64,000 bases of DNA. Origin: Macrostomum lignano. Lineage: Eukaryota. The notes beneath the pieces were generated by a model. The model was not told where the DNA came from and searched no databases. It saw nothing but the letters and a program-made list of their open reading frames with translations. The position numbers and the translations under genes are program-made. Shown one piece after another: positions 11,900 through 21,559 of this stretch; the first letter of the stretch is position 1; each line of letters begins with the position of its first letter. Where the stretch lies: the NCBI GenBank assembly GCA_002269645.1, contig NIVC01003586.1, positions 1 to 64,000 on the forward strand, in the 5' to 3' direction.

Positions 11900-12781
11900 C
11901 TAGACCGCCACCTCCGCCGCCCGGCGCAACAACCCCAACACGCGTCCTCCGTCGATTAGTTCAAACTGAGGGATCGCAACACTCATGACGAACCGAGTGC
12001 TTCGCTTGAAGGCAGGCCGCCGCCAGACACGCCGAGCATGACCCCGACACTTGGCGCTGATGTCACGGAGAATGAACTTGACAGTCTGAGCCAAAAGCTC
12101 GGCGATTTCGCGTCGATGATCCAGCCGCTCGCTGCCGCACAGTCCCACCATTTCAGTCAAAAGCCGGAACATCGCAGCTGGACTCCCCGACAACAAAGCG
12201 TGCCGAAGCTCCGACCGGATTCGAGCTCTTCGCTGCGTTGCCTCCCCGCTCCAGGTGTATTCCACCTCGGTACTCGGCTCGCTCCTCATCAGCCACGCTG
12301 GCGACTCCCGTTGGTCGATGACGAGCTCCGGTTCGTCTTCTGACATCGAAGTTTCGCCGTCGGATTCATTCAAGAGCTCTTCTTCCTCTGACTGCGTGAT
12401 TTCACAGCAGCTCTGAGCAGTCTCCTCGCCGCCGCAACCACCACGCTCGCTTCCTTCCGACTCCCTGTCCTCGTCTGACTCTTCTGTTTCGTCTTCAATC
12501 GTTACGACAAACTCCTCCGGGACGCACATCCCATCCGGCGGGACAAAATACCGGGCGCACTCGAGCGGGTTGCTAACGGCATCCTGCCCGAACCGGTCGT
12601 ACAGCGCTCGTCGAAACGGACACAGCAGGACCGCACTCGCATGCTGCAGCCTCTGGAAATTCTCCGTTCCACCGGGTCCACACTTGTCGGGGTGCCGTCG
12701 CAGGCTCTCACGGCGGTACGCACGTCGCAGCTCCTCCTCCGTCGCGAAGGGGCTGACACCAAACTCGGCGTAGAGGTCCAT
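11900..12781 (-). CDS. Retrotransposon ORF3: N-terminal DnaJ J-domain, acidic tract, unknown C-terminal domain (293 aa from the ATG)
   Basis: MDLYAEFGVSPFATEEELRRAYRRESLRRHPDKCGPGGTENFQRLQHASAVLLCPFRRALYDRFG has the J-domain helix pattern and HPD motif; same strand as pol, between integrase and PPT. Confidence 0.88.
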   Translation of the reverse strand: MDLYAEFGVSPFATEEELRRAYRRESLRRHPDKCGPGGTENFQRLQHASAVLLCPFRRALYDRFGQDAVSNPLECARYFVPPDGMCVPEEFVVTIEDETEESDEDRESEGSERGGCGGEETAQSCCEITQSEEEELLNESDGETSMSEDEPELVIDQRESPAWLMRSEPSTEVEYTWSGEATQRRARIRSELRHALLSGSPAAMFRLLTEMVGLCGSERLDHRREIAELLAQTVKFILRDISAKCRGHARRVWRRPAFKRSTRFVMSVAIPQFELIDGGRVLGLLRRAAEVAV

Positions 12782-12984
12782 GCCCGGAAAGCAGTGCCTG
12801 CAACAACCACGACTCACTTTTGAGAGCAGGGCAATGGTTCCTTCGAGCCTCTTTGGGGCGCCGATCCTTCATCCCTGATGGCAGGGTTGGGCAGGTGGGA
12901 CCTCCACTGACGGGCCTTAAGAGGGGAAATATATATTTTTGTTTGTGAAGCAGAGGCAATAACACGAGCCCAGTTTTCAATAAC

Positions 12985-13180
12985 GCGGGTGATGACGCAG
13001 ACGATGCTTCGAACCAAATGTTGATGACGCAGGTGATGACGCGGATGATGCTTCGAACCAAATGTTGATGACGCAGGTGATGACGCGGATGATGCTTCGA
13101 ACCAAATGTTGATGACGCAGGTGATGACGCGGATGATGCTTCGAACCAATTATTTATGACGCAGGAGATGACGCGACATT
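12985..13180. repeat. 44-bp tandem repeat (gatgacgcaggtgatgacgcggatgatgcttcgaaccaaatgtt), about 4 units, between pol and ORF3
   Basis: Direct observation. Confidence 0.9.
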
Positions 13181-13202
13181 GCGCACGCACTCACGTCCGC
13201 TC

Positions 13203-16200
13203 TTAATAATAAACGGGCGTTCCATAACGCTGCGGAACCCTTCGATCCCTCTGGGGTCGACCTTCGATGACTTCAACTGGCGCTTCCGGCTGCGGCTGCA
13301 CTCCTGGCTGCTGCACATCCATTGGTTCTCCCTCCTCTCGAACCCGCCCGGAATGTCGCCACCATCGCTCCTCATCCTCATCGTCCGATTCCGTCTCTTG
13401 AGCAGGACCTGGGTGGTACCTCCTTGGTGCAGGACGCCGAGGGCCACCGGTGCCGTCGACCGGGTACTTCCGGTACCGAGGCAGGAGGTTGTTAAAGTGC
13501 ACCACCTTGATCGGCTTCCGTCGACCTTCCTGTCGAATCCTATAGCGCGTCTCCGACAGCTTCTCGAGAACTACGGCAGGTCCGGTCCAGGGTGAGTGGA
13601 GCTTCGCTTTGGCACCGGCCTTCAACACGGGGTTGTAGACGAACACCTCGTCGCCAGCCACGAATTCTCGACCCTTCACCTTCCGGTCGTACCAGTCTTT
13701 CTGCACTCGTTGATATGACGTTATTCTCTCACGCACCACCCGATGGGCTTCCACGAGCGTCTCCCGCAGGTTCTGGACTTCCTCGCAGTACGGTTCGATG
13801 TCCAGTGGGCGCGCCACTCCCAAGTCAACTGGCAGAGACATCTCGCGACCATGCAGAAGGAAGAAGGGTGAGTAGCCGGTGCCGCGGTGCACACTGGAGC
13901 GATACGCCATGAGCGCCGGGGCAACGAATTCGTCCCACCGCCTCTGATCCGGCTCCTTCACCAGGTGCGCCCGGATCACTGCAGTCAGCGTCTTATTGAA
14001 GCTTTCCACTTGGCCGTTTCCAGAGGGGTGATAGGCGGTCGTACGCGTCTTTCGGATATTCAGACTTTCGCACAGCTGGCCGATCAATTGCGACTCGAAA
14101 TTGGCTCCCTGATCCGAGTGGATTGTCCCTGGGGCTCCGTAGTGACAGACCCACTCCTCGAGCATTGCCCTTGCACAGGTGCTGGCCGTCTGATCTGGCA
14201 CCGGTACTGCCACTGGCCACTTACTGAACGCGTCCTGCATCGTCAGTATGTATTTGTTGCCTCGGACGCTGGTTGGCAGTGGTCCAATCAAATCCACCAT
14301 CACTCTTTCAAACACATGGCTGCTGGGAATCGGCTCCAATGGGGCCTTCCGCCGCATCCCGGGCTTGCTCCGGTTACAGTCGTCACACCTTCGCACAAAC
14401 TCCTCGACCTCTCGCTTCAAGCCGGGTCTCCAGAATCGGTTCCTGACTTTCTCCAGAGTCTTTGCTACGCCGAAGTGTCCACCTCCTGGTCCAGAGTGCA
14501 GCGTCTGCAGAGCGTCGGGGATCAATTTCTTCGGGAGAACAGCCCGCGGTGGGTGACGTCCCAGATCCTTGATGACGAGGGTGTTGTCCACAATTTCCAG
14601 CCGAGGCTTTTGTGCCCAGATGGCTCGGGTCGTTGGTGACGCACCCCGAGGTGGCTCTTCGTTTGCTCGGCCGGCGTGCATCGACTGGTAAACTGGAGCG
14701 ATGTCGTTGTCCACAGCTTGTGCTGCTGCCAGCTCATCTCGGCTGAGCAACCCGAGCAGCGTCGTTACCCTGACCCCGGGGAGGTCATCAGTCCGGCACG
14801 ACGGGCAGTTATCCATTTCGGGATGTCGTCGCGGCGGCTTGCGTGACAGCGCGTCCGCATTCTGATGACGCGCCCCTGGCCGATGCTCCACTGCGAAGTC
14901 GAATGGCGCCAACCTCTCCATCCACCGAGCCAACTGGCCTTCCGGCTGCCTCATACTTCGGAGCCACTGCAGACTTGCGTGGTCGGTGCGCACCCGGAAC
15001 CTCCGGCCAAGTAGATAGTACCGGAACCTCTCTGCGAATGTCACCAGCGCCAGGAGCTCGATTCGTGTCGTGCAATAGTTGAATTCGGCCCCTTGCAGAC
15101 GCCGACTCCCGTACGCAATAACCCGCTCTGACCCGTCTTCTTGTACCTGCGACAAGACTGCTCCGAGACCCTGTCGGGTACTTCCATCGGTATCCAAGAT
15201 GAACTCACCAGCCGTGGGGTCGAAGTTCGGGTAGGCCATCACGCGGCAACCGGTCAATTCTTCTTTCAGCTTTTTGAAGGCCTCATCGTGTTCCTCTCTC
15301 CAACTGAACGGCTTGTCTTTCTTTGTCAGATCAAAAAGTGGTGCAGCGACTATCGAGAATTCTGGTATGAAGTTTCGGTAGTAACCAGCCAGACCCAGGA
15401 ACGACTGAAGGTCTTTTGCATTTCTTGGAATGCTCCAGTCACGGACTTCCTTGATCTTCTCCGGGTCGACATCGATTCCGTCCTTTGACACGACGTGGCC
15501 AAGGAATTTGACCTCATCGGCCAGGAATCTGCACTTAGATGGCTTTAGCCTCAAGTTGGCTGCGCGCAGGCGCTGGAATACCGCCTCGAGATTCGTTAGA
15601 TGCTCGCTGACAGTTCGGGACCAAATGATGATATCGTCGATGTAGACGAGCGCCATTTTCCACAGAAGGTCGTGTAGTACCATATTCATCAACCTTGTGA
15701 ATGTCGCCGGCGCATTGGTCAATCCGAAGGGCAGCACCTTGAACGCGAATTGCCCCCGATGCGGAATGACAAAAGCAGTCTTTTCTTGATCCTCCCTTTT
15801 GACCTTAACTTGCCAATAGCCGGAGCAAAGGTCGAGCGTCGAAAATACAGCCGCACCTCCGAGCGCTTCAAGTGCGTCATCGACACGCGGGATTGCTATG
15901 GCGTCCTTGACAGTTCGTTGATTCAACTCTCTGTAGTCGACACACAGTCGCAGTTCCCCATTCTTTTACGGACACAGACCACTGGCGAACTCCACGGCGA
16001 TTGGGTCGGTTCAATCATCTTCGTTGCCAAAAGCTCGTCGATTTGTCGGTCGACTTCGCCGCGCCAATGTGGCGGTAGCCGTCGCGGAGGCTGTTTTACG
16101 GCTGTTCCGGTGGTCTCAATTTCATGCTGCACGATGTCCGTCGTCCCGAGGCGCGCTGTACTCTCTGCGAAAACATCTGCGTATCGATTCACCAATCTTA

Positions 16201-17155
16201 GGAAACTCGCTTTGTCTGCCCCCGTGAGCTGCTTGGAGCCGTGCTGGTTCAGTGCCGCCTCTGGGTCCCATGGATCGCAGCTGGGTCGTAAAACCGACGC
16301 TTGCTCTTCGATGCTGGCTACCAGAACCTCTTGAGCCGGATCTGATGGTCGAAACCAGCCGATGACAGCTCCCTTCCGCAGCCGCAGCTCGGAGTCCGTG
16401 ACATTCGCGAAGTGAACTGGTAGGGTGTTGCCCTGCTGGATGAGGCAGACGCTCCTGGCTAGCATTGGTCTCTCATCGCTCTTCAGTTTTTCGTCTGGTT
16501 CGGCGACGCCGAGCACTCCGGAATTCTGTGTCGCTGTTCTCCGAATCCTGGCTGAGACGGTCCGTTCGTGATTGGCCGGAATGATCAAGTTTTCGTTCAG
16601 GTACAACCGGCAGACGACTGGTTTGTGCTTGGTCTCTCGGATTGGCACACGTGAACCGTTCACGCGGAAAACTCCTCCGGCGAAATCGATTTGGCACCGG
16701 TGGCGGCGTAAGAAGTCGGTGCCTAGCAACAGTTCGTAGCCGACCCCTTGGACCACCGCAATTGGCGTCTGTAAAGTTTCTGATCCGAACTGTAGGGGAA
16801 GCGACGCGCATCCTAACACATTCATGGGAGTTCCGTTCGCTGAGATCAGGTGGGTTTCCGAAGGGCTGAGTTCAACTCGAACCGACTTGCTCAACTGCCG
16901 CCAGGTCCTCTCGTTCACCAGCGACATGACCGAGCCCGAATCCAACAGACACGGCAACTCAATCTCGCCAATTTTTACCGACACGTAGATTGACACGGGA
17001 TTAAAAGCTGTTGCAGGTTGATCTCTATCTCTTGAGCAGTCCGCCGGACATCCTGCTGCACGTCGCTCCGGGGCTGCATCTTCGTCTCGGGTTGGGGCCT
17101 CTACTGTCTCGGCGGAACTCCCTCGCCCCTGCGGAAGTTCCCCTTGCCGTTTCCC
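13203..17155 (-). CDS. pol: protease, dUTPase-like spacer, RT, RNase H, integrase (GPY/F); one 1-bp frameshift at about 15965
   Basis: LLDSGS (PR), YIDD (RT), TDGS..YGSRRL (RH), H-H-C-C then D..D..E (IN), SPWTGP. ORFs 15923-16996 and 13203-15926 join if one A is added to the A4 run. Confidence 0.95.
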
Positions 17156-18081
17156 TGTTGCTGACGGGTTGGGCAGTTAGTCGCGATGTGCCCTGGCTTG
17201 TTGCAGAAGAAGCAGCGAATTCCTCCCGTTCGTCGAGGCTTCTGATGGTCGCCTTCGTCGGAGTCGGTCGGTCGAGCTGCGGCGCTGCTATGCGGTTCCG
17301 CTCTCAGCGACTCGAGCTGAACCACTTTGCCTTGAAGCTGCCTCACCAGTTTCTTCAACTCCTCGAGCTCTTTGTCCTTTTCTTGGGAGTAGGCTCCATC
17401 CTCCCGAGGCACAGATTCCGCCGCGCCGCTCACCACGAAGACTCCTCGGTGGCCGCTGCCAGTTGCTCCAGCCGATCTCGGTCCCTTCGCCGCCTTGGAC
17501 GCCGCCTCGAGCTGCCTCACCGCGCGTTGTGCTGCCACCAGACCTTCGGGCTGCTGCAGGTAGAGCTTCTCTCGCTGGAGGTCGGAGAGTCTCACCCCTT
17601 GCATGAAGCGATCCTTTGCGAGGTCGTCCTGCAGCTCGGCAGTTGCCGCCGGGTAGGCACAGCGCACCAGTTCAAGGAGAGCATCTGCGTAGGCCTCCAA
17701 CGACTCGCCATCCTTCTGATCTCGGGTTTTTAGCTCGACCTTGCTGTCCTGCTCTGTCCGGTACCGGGAGAAGCGAGCCTCCAACCGGGCGGTGAATCCC
17801 TCGTAGTCCAGCGGATCCACAGGATCGTCGGGTCCCGGCAGGTTCAGATTATCGACCGCAGCGTACGCCGTAGCGAGATCCAGCATGCTCATCAAGTGCT
17901 CGCGGCGATGCTCCTCGTCAATCTCGGCGGAGTCGCAATAAGCGTTGAAAGAGCGCAGCCAGAGTCGAAAATTCATGCTTGACGTGTACTTCACGGGCTT
18001 CGGGAGTCTCGGTGGCTGGGCTGGTCCATCCGCTCGCAGACGCTCGGCTAGCAGCCGAATCAGTTCGTCCACATTCGCCAT
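17101..18081 (-). CDS. gag with CCHC zinc knuckle (326 aa)
   Basis: CFFCNKPGHIATNC; typical gypsy capsid region; ATG 25 nt after the PBS. Confidence 0.95.
   Translation of the reverse strand: MANVDELIRLLAERLRADGPAQPPRLPKPVKYTSSMNFRLWLRSFNAYCDSAEIDEEHRREHLMSMLDLATAYAAVDNLNLPGPDDPVDPLDYEGFTARLEARFSRYRTEQDSKVELKTRDQKDGESLEAYADALLELVRCAYPAATAELQDDLAKDRFMQGVRLSDLQREKLYLQQPEGLVAAQRAVRQLEAASKAAKGPRSAGATGSGHRGVFVVSGAAESVPREDGAYSQEKDKELEELKKLVRQLQGKVVQLESLRAEPHSSAAARPTDSDEGDHQKPRRTGGIRCFFCNKPGHIATNCPTRQQQGNGKGNFRRGEGVPPRQ
17114..17155 (-). promoter_or_regulatory. Candidate -1 ribosomal frameshift signal (gag-pol)
   Basis: G GGA AAC slippery heptamer (17149-17155), 7-nt spacer, 9-bp stem with 10-nt loop; -1 frame is open into protease. 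Confidence 0.75.
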
Positions 18082-18105
18082 GACAGCTCACAAGCAAACT
18101 GAGCA

Positions 18106-18123
18106 GTCCCTGTTCGGGCGCCA
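18106..18123 (-). promoter_or_regulatory. Primer binding site, tRNA-Lys
   Basis: TGGCGCCCGAACAGGGAC, 1 nt inside the 5' LTR; this is the known tRNA-Lys(UUU) PBS sequence. Confidence 0.92.
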
Positions 18124-18124
18124 A

Positions 18125-19088
18125 TGTTGTATCCCCCTTCCTCGCTGGCACGGCCGGGTTGGGCGACGGGTAGCGGTGTCGGGGTTCGGGTACTGGACTG
18201 CCCAGGGCTTACGAGCTCGATCGGCGACCCCGAGGCGTACGGACACTTCGGGGGGAGGTCAAGGTTGAGAAGTCGAGAGAGAGGGGAGGGGCGGCTGTGG
18301 GCGGGCGGCCACTCGACAGCCTGGTGAGTCAAGGAAGAGAGAGAGGGCTGCGGGCGGTCGGCCACTCGACAGCCTGGTGAGTCAAGGAAAAGAGAGAGGG
18401 CTGTGGGCGGGCGGCCACTCGACAGCCTGGTGAGTCAAGGAAGAGAGAGAGGGCTGCGGGCGGTCGGCCACTCGACAGCCTGGTGAGTCAGACTGAGGAG
18501 AGAATGAGAGAGAGAGAGATCAGGAGAGCGACCCCGAGGAACACAGGCAATTGTCTCGACAGCTTACCGGGCCGGGTCGATTATAGCACTCATACACGGG
18601 AAGGCCGATCGATTGCAATAAATTGAGTCTTCGCAGTAAGAGACCGTCTCTACGGTTGATCGCTGGTCACGTTCGTTTATTTATCGCGGTGGGCGCAAAT
18701 GGGCGCAGGCACGGTGAGAAAAGGGGCGGGGTCTGAGCGTCGCCTTAAATAACGAGTAAAAAGGGGCAGGGGCGCAAACAAGGGGGGGAGAAAGGGCTTA
18801 AACAATGGAGCTGATTGACAGCTGATTGGCTGCGGCGAGGGGAGGGTGGAAGCGCGCACGGCCAGGGAGAGGGAGAGAGAGCAGAGGCCCAGCCAATCAG
18901 CACGGCTAGCCAAAGGGCTAAACAGCCAAGGCGAGAGAGAGAGAGAAAGAGAGCAGAGGCTCAGCCAAAGGGCTCATAGCTCCAGACTGGCTTGAGCCGG
19001 GGGGGGGGGTAACAATAATCAACTACCAAAGTCAACAACTATCAAAGTGCACTTGCACCAGGGGAGCACTGTGACACAGGTCACAACA
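18125..19088 (-). repeat. 5' LTR (964 bp) with CCAAT, GC boxes, TATTTAAG, AATAAA, SL-like exon, splice donor and 4x about 50-bp repeats
   Basis: Direct repeat of 10296-11261. Confidence 0.97.
18614..18657 (-). other. Spliced-leader (SL) exon-like sequence in 5' LTR
   Basis: Identical to 10785-10828. Confidence 0.8.
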
Positions 19089-21559
19089 ATAAAACTTGGC
19101 TCACGACTCCGGTAGGTCTTCAAAGTGACGCTGCTCACGTCTGATTTCTTCAGATTAGTCCCGTTTGATGTGGCGGAATCCGCTGCAGGCCGAATGACAT
19201 CCAGCATCCGTTCTTGACTGCCGAATTGATGGCGCCTGCTTGCATGAGCTTTCTGCGGCGACCCACGCACCGGCGGCATCGATGACTGCAGCAGCGAGTC
19301 GTTGCTTCGTCGATGAGGTGCGGCGGACGTCGGCAGAGGACGCGACTCCAGCTCGCAGAGCAGGCAGTCTTTATAGAGCGCCGACTTAAGAAAACGAGCA
19401 TAGCTGTCCATGCGCATCAGGTTGAAGATCTGGCTCTGCGCTGCGTTGAACATGCCGACATCGAGCTGGCCGCTGCTCAGGCGACGCTGCACCTCGCGCT
19501 CGGTGGCGCCGTCCAGATTGATACTCGCTGGAGCCTCGCAGCCAATGTGGAGTCGCTCGATACGATGGGCCGCGGCGAGAATCTGCTGAGAGAGGGTGCA
19601 GACGTTATTGACTTTACTAGATAAATGAGCTCCCAGGTGGGAAAATTGATGAAAAAATTGTGGTGACCATTCGGAAAAGCTGCGTCATTGCATAACGCGA
19701 GTCTGGGGAAGGATATCCTCTTGTACTCAGACAGTCAAGCAGCGATCCTCGCCCTTGAGCGCACCACCACCACCGACTACATCGGGTAGCTTAACTGCAT
19801 GCTTAGGTGCCTTCAACAAGGTGTCTCTAATATGGATTTCCGCGGGCACTCGGGCCATCCCAGCACCCCAGCTGCTGCCCAATCACAGCAGGGTGAGCTG
19901 GAGTGCAGAGCTGCTGCCCAATCACAGCAGGGTGAGCTGGAGCTCAAGAGCTGCTGCCCAATCACAGCAGAGTGAGCTAGAGCCCAGAGCTGCTGGCCAA
20001 TCACAGCAGGGTTAGCTGGAGCCCAGAGCTGCTGCCCAATCACAGCAGGGTGAGATGGAGCCCAGAGCTGCTGCCCAATCACAGCAGGGTGAGCTGGAGC
20101 TCCGAGCTCAAACGTGCCACTGGCTCACAGTTGGCTGGCTTGGGAGATGACGCTCATACAGCCTACTCAGCTGAGCACTAACTGCGATCAACTCTGCTTA
20201 ACCGCGAAAGCTTCAAAGTAACAAGCTCTCAGCTGAGCTGCCAGCCTCACCTCGCCAGGTTCATCCGTCGGCAGTTGCTTGAACTCTTCGACAGCCAGCC
20301 AGAACTGGATGTTCTCTTCGCTGAATTCGGTTCGGAGAAAGTCGGCGAACACCCAGACACCGTCGGTGTCAGCCAGCAGGTGGTCCAGCCCGGTGGCCCA
20401 CTTGGCTACCCGATTCGCTCCGCGTCGCAGCTCCTCCAAGCCTGCAATGAATAATTGTGATGGAACTATACTGGCACTCCTGACACTATGCTGGCACTCC
20501 TGACACTATGCTGGCACTCCTGACACTATGCTGGCACTCCTGACACTATGCTGGCACTCCTGACACTATGCTGGCACTCCTGACACTATGCTGGCACTCC
20601 TGACACTATGCTGGCACTCCTGACACTATGCTGGCACTCCTGACACTATGCTGGCACTCCTGACACTATACTGGCACTCCTGACACTATGCTGGCACTCC
20701 TGACACTATGCTGGCACTCCTGACACTATGCTGGCACTCCTGACACTATGCTGGCACTCCTGACACTATGCTGGCACTCCTGACACTATGCTGGCACTCC
20801 TGACACTATGCTGGCACTCCTGACACTATACTGGCACTCTTGACACTATGCTGACACTCTTGACACTATGCTGACACTCTTGACACTATACTGTCTGGCA
20901 CTCCTGACACTATACTGGCACTCCTGACACTATACTCACGCTCCTGAATCTATACTCTCCTTTCTCTTCAAACAGACTGCATGAAACGCACATGTAATAG
21001 CTCATACATTTGTTTCATAACATTCCGGAAGAAAAATCTGACATCCCAGTCAGACTTTGGAGGTAGAGTGCATATAATTGCGCCCATCTGTTCATAGGGA
21101 TCTAGGGACAATGGTACGCAAGCAGAGCTACCATATTTTCGTACCCGCTGCTGCAGCGGCGCAGTCCCGGCTCAGCTGGCCGCCGACCATCCAGTCGTCG
21201 TCGAAGTCAAGCGTCTCCTTCATCTGGGCCAGATTCTGACAGCTGACAGCCAGTTTGGAACGGCCCTGACTGCCGTGCTGGTGCAGCTGATGTTGCGGGA
21301 ATCTGCAAGGTGGCGCGAACTCATCGATGTCGGGCTTGACTTGCTCGCCACCGGAACTGGTGCTAGCGAGGCTGTGCTGGGATCCGAAGAAGCTCAGGTG
21401 GCCGATGTTGCTCAGGAGGTGACTCAGCCTGTGCCAGCGGTGCTGATGTTAGTGCTGCGTTGATTGCTGCTTCTGCGACTGCTGCTGGGCGTTGGCAAAT
21501 TTCTGCTTCCCAGCGCCAGTCTGCTTTGCCGACTTTCCCTTGCCAGGCTTGTAGAGCAT
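19019..21559 (-). CDS. Regulator of G-protein signalling (RGS12/14/loco-like RGS box), disrupted by the LTR element
   Basis: Exons 21145-21559 (in-frame TAA at 21449-21451), 20251-20441 (W..GLDHLLAD..F.DFLRTEFSEENIQFWLAVEEFK), 19089-19582 (INLD..MFNAAQSQIFNLMRMDSYARFLKSALYKDCLLCELESRPLP); reads into the LTR to a stop at 19019. Confidence 0.88.
19700..19862 (+). pseudogene. Degenerate RNase H fragment of a non-LTR retrotransposon in RGS intron
   Basis: GKDILLYSDSQAAILAL..NKVSLIWISAG resembles [18 protein letters not shown] of the LINE at 36150-39968. Confidence 0.65.
19858..20100. repeat. About 40-bp minisatellite (agagctgctgcccaatcacagcagggtgagctggagccc), 6 units
   Basis: Direct observation. 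Confidence 0.9.
20462..20945. repeat. 20-bp minisatellite (ctggcactcctgacactatg), about 23 units
   Basis: Direct observation; starts about 20 nt from the RGS exon 2 acceptor. Confidence 0.95.

Larger units (their letters stand above)
10296..19088 (-). mobile_element. Full-length Ty3/gypsy LTR retrotransposon with gag, pol and an extra J-domain ORF
   Basis: Two LTRs with TGTTG..CAACA ends, 4-bp TSD ATAA (10292-10295, 19089-19092), PBS, PPT, domain order PR-RT-RH-IN. Confidence 0.98.

Noticed and set aside
12350-12600. LxCxE Rb-binding motif making ORF3 a T-antigen mimic
   Set aside because: Only LECAR and QSCCE are present; no canonical LxCxE
13592-17733. Antisense ORFs over gag-pol (and over LINE ORF2 and the GC-rich genes at 49-54 kb and 62-63 kb)
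   Set aside because: Shadow ORFs of GC-rich coding sequence with no recognisable motifs
18560-18660. A genuine SL RNA gene inside the LTR
   Set aside because: The SL exon is not followed directly by GT, the terminal ATG is broken (TTGCAATCG) and no Sm site is visible; the nearest donor is 46 nt downstream
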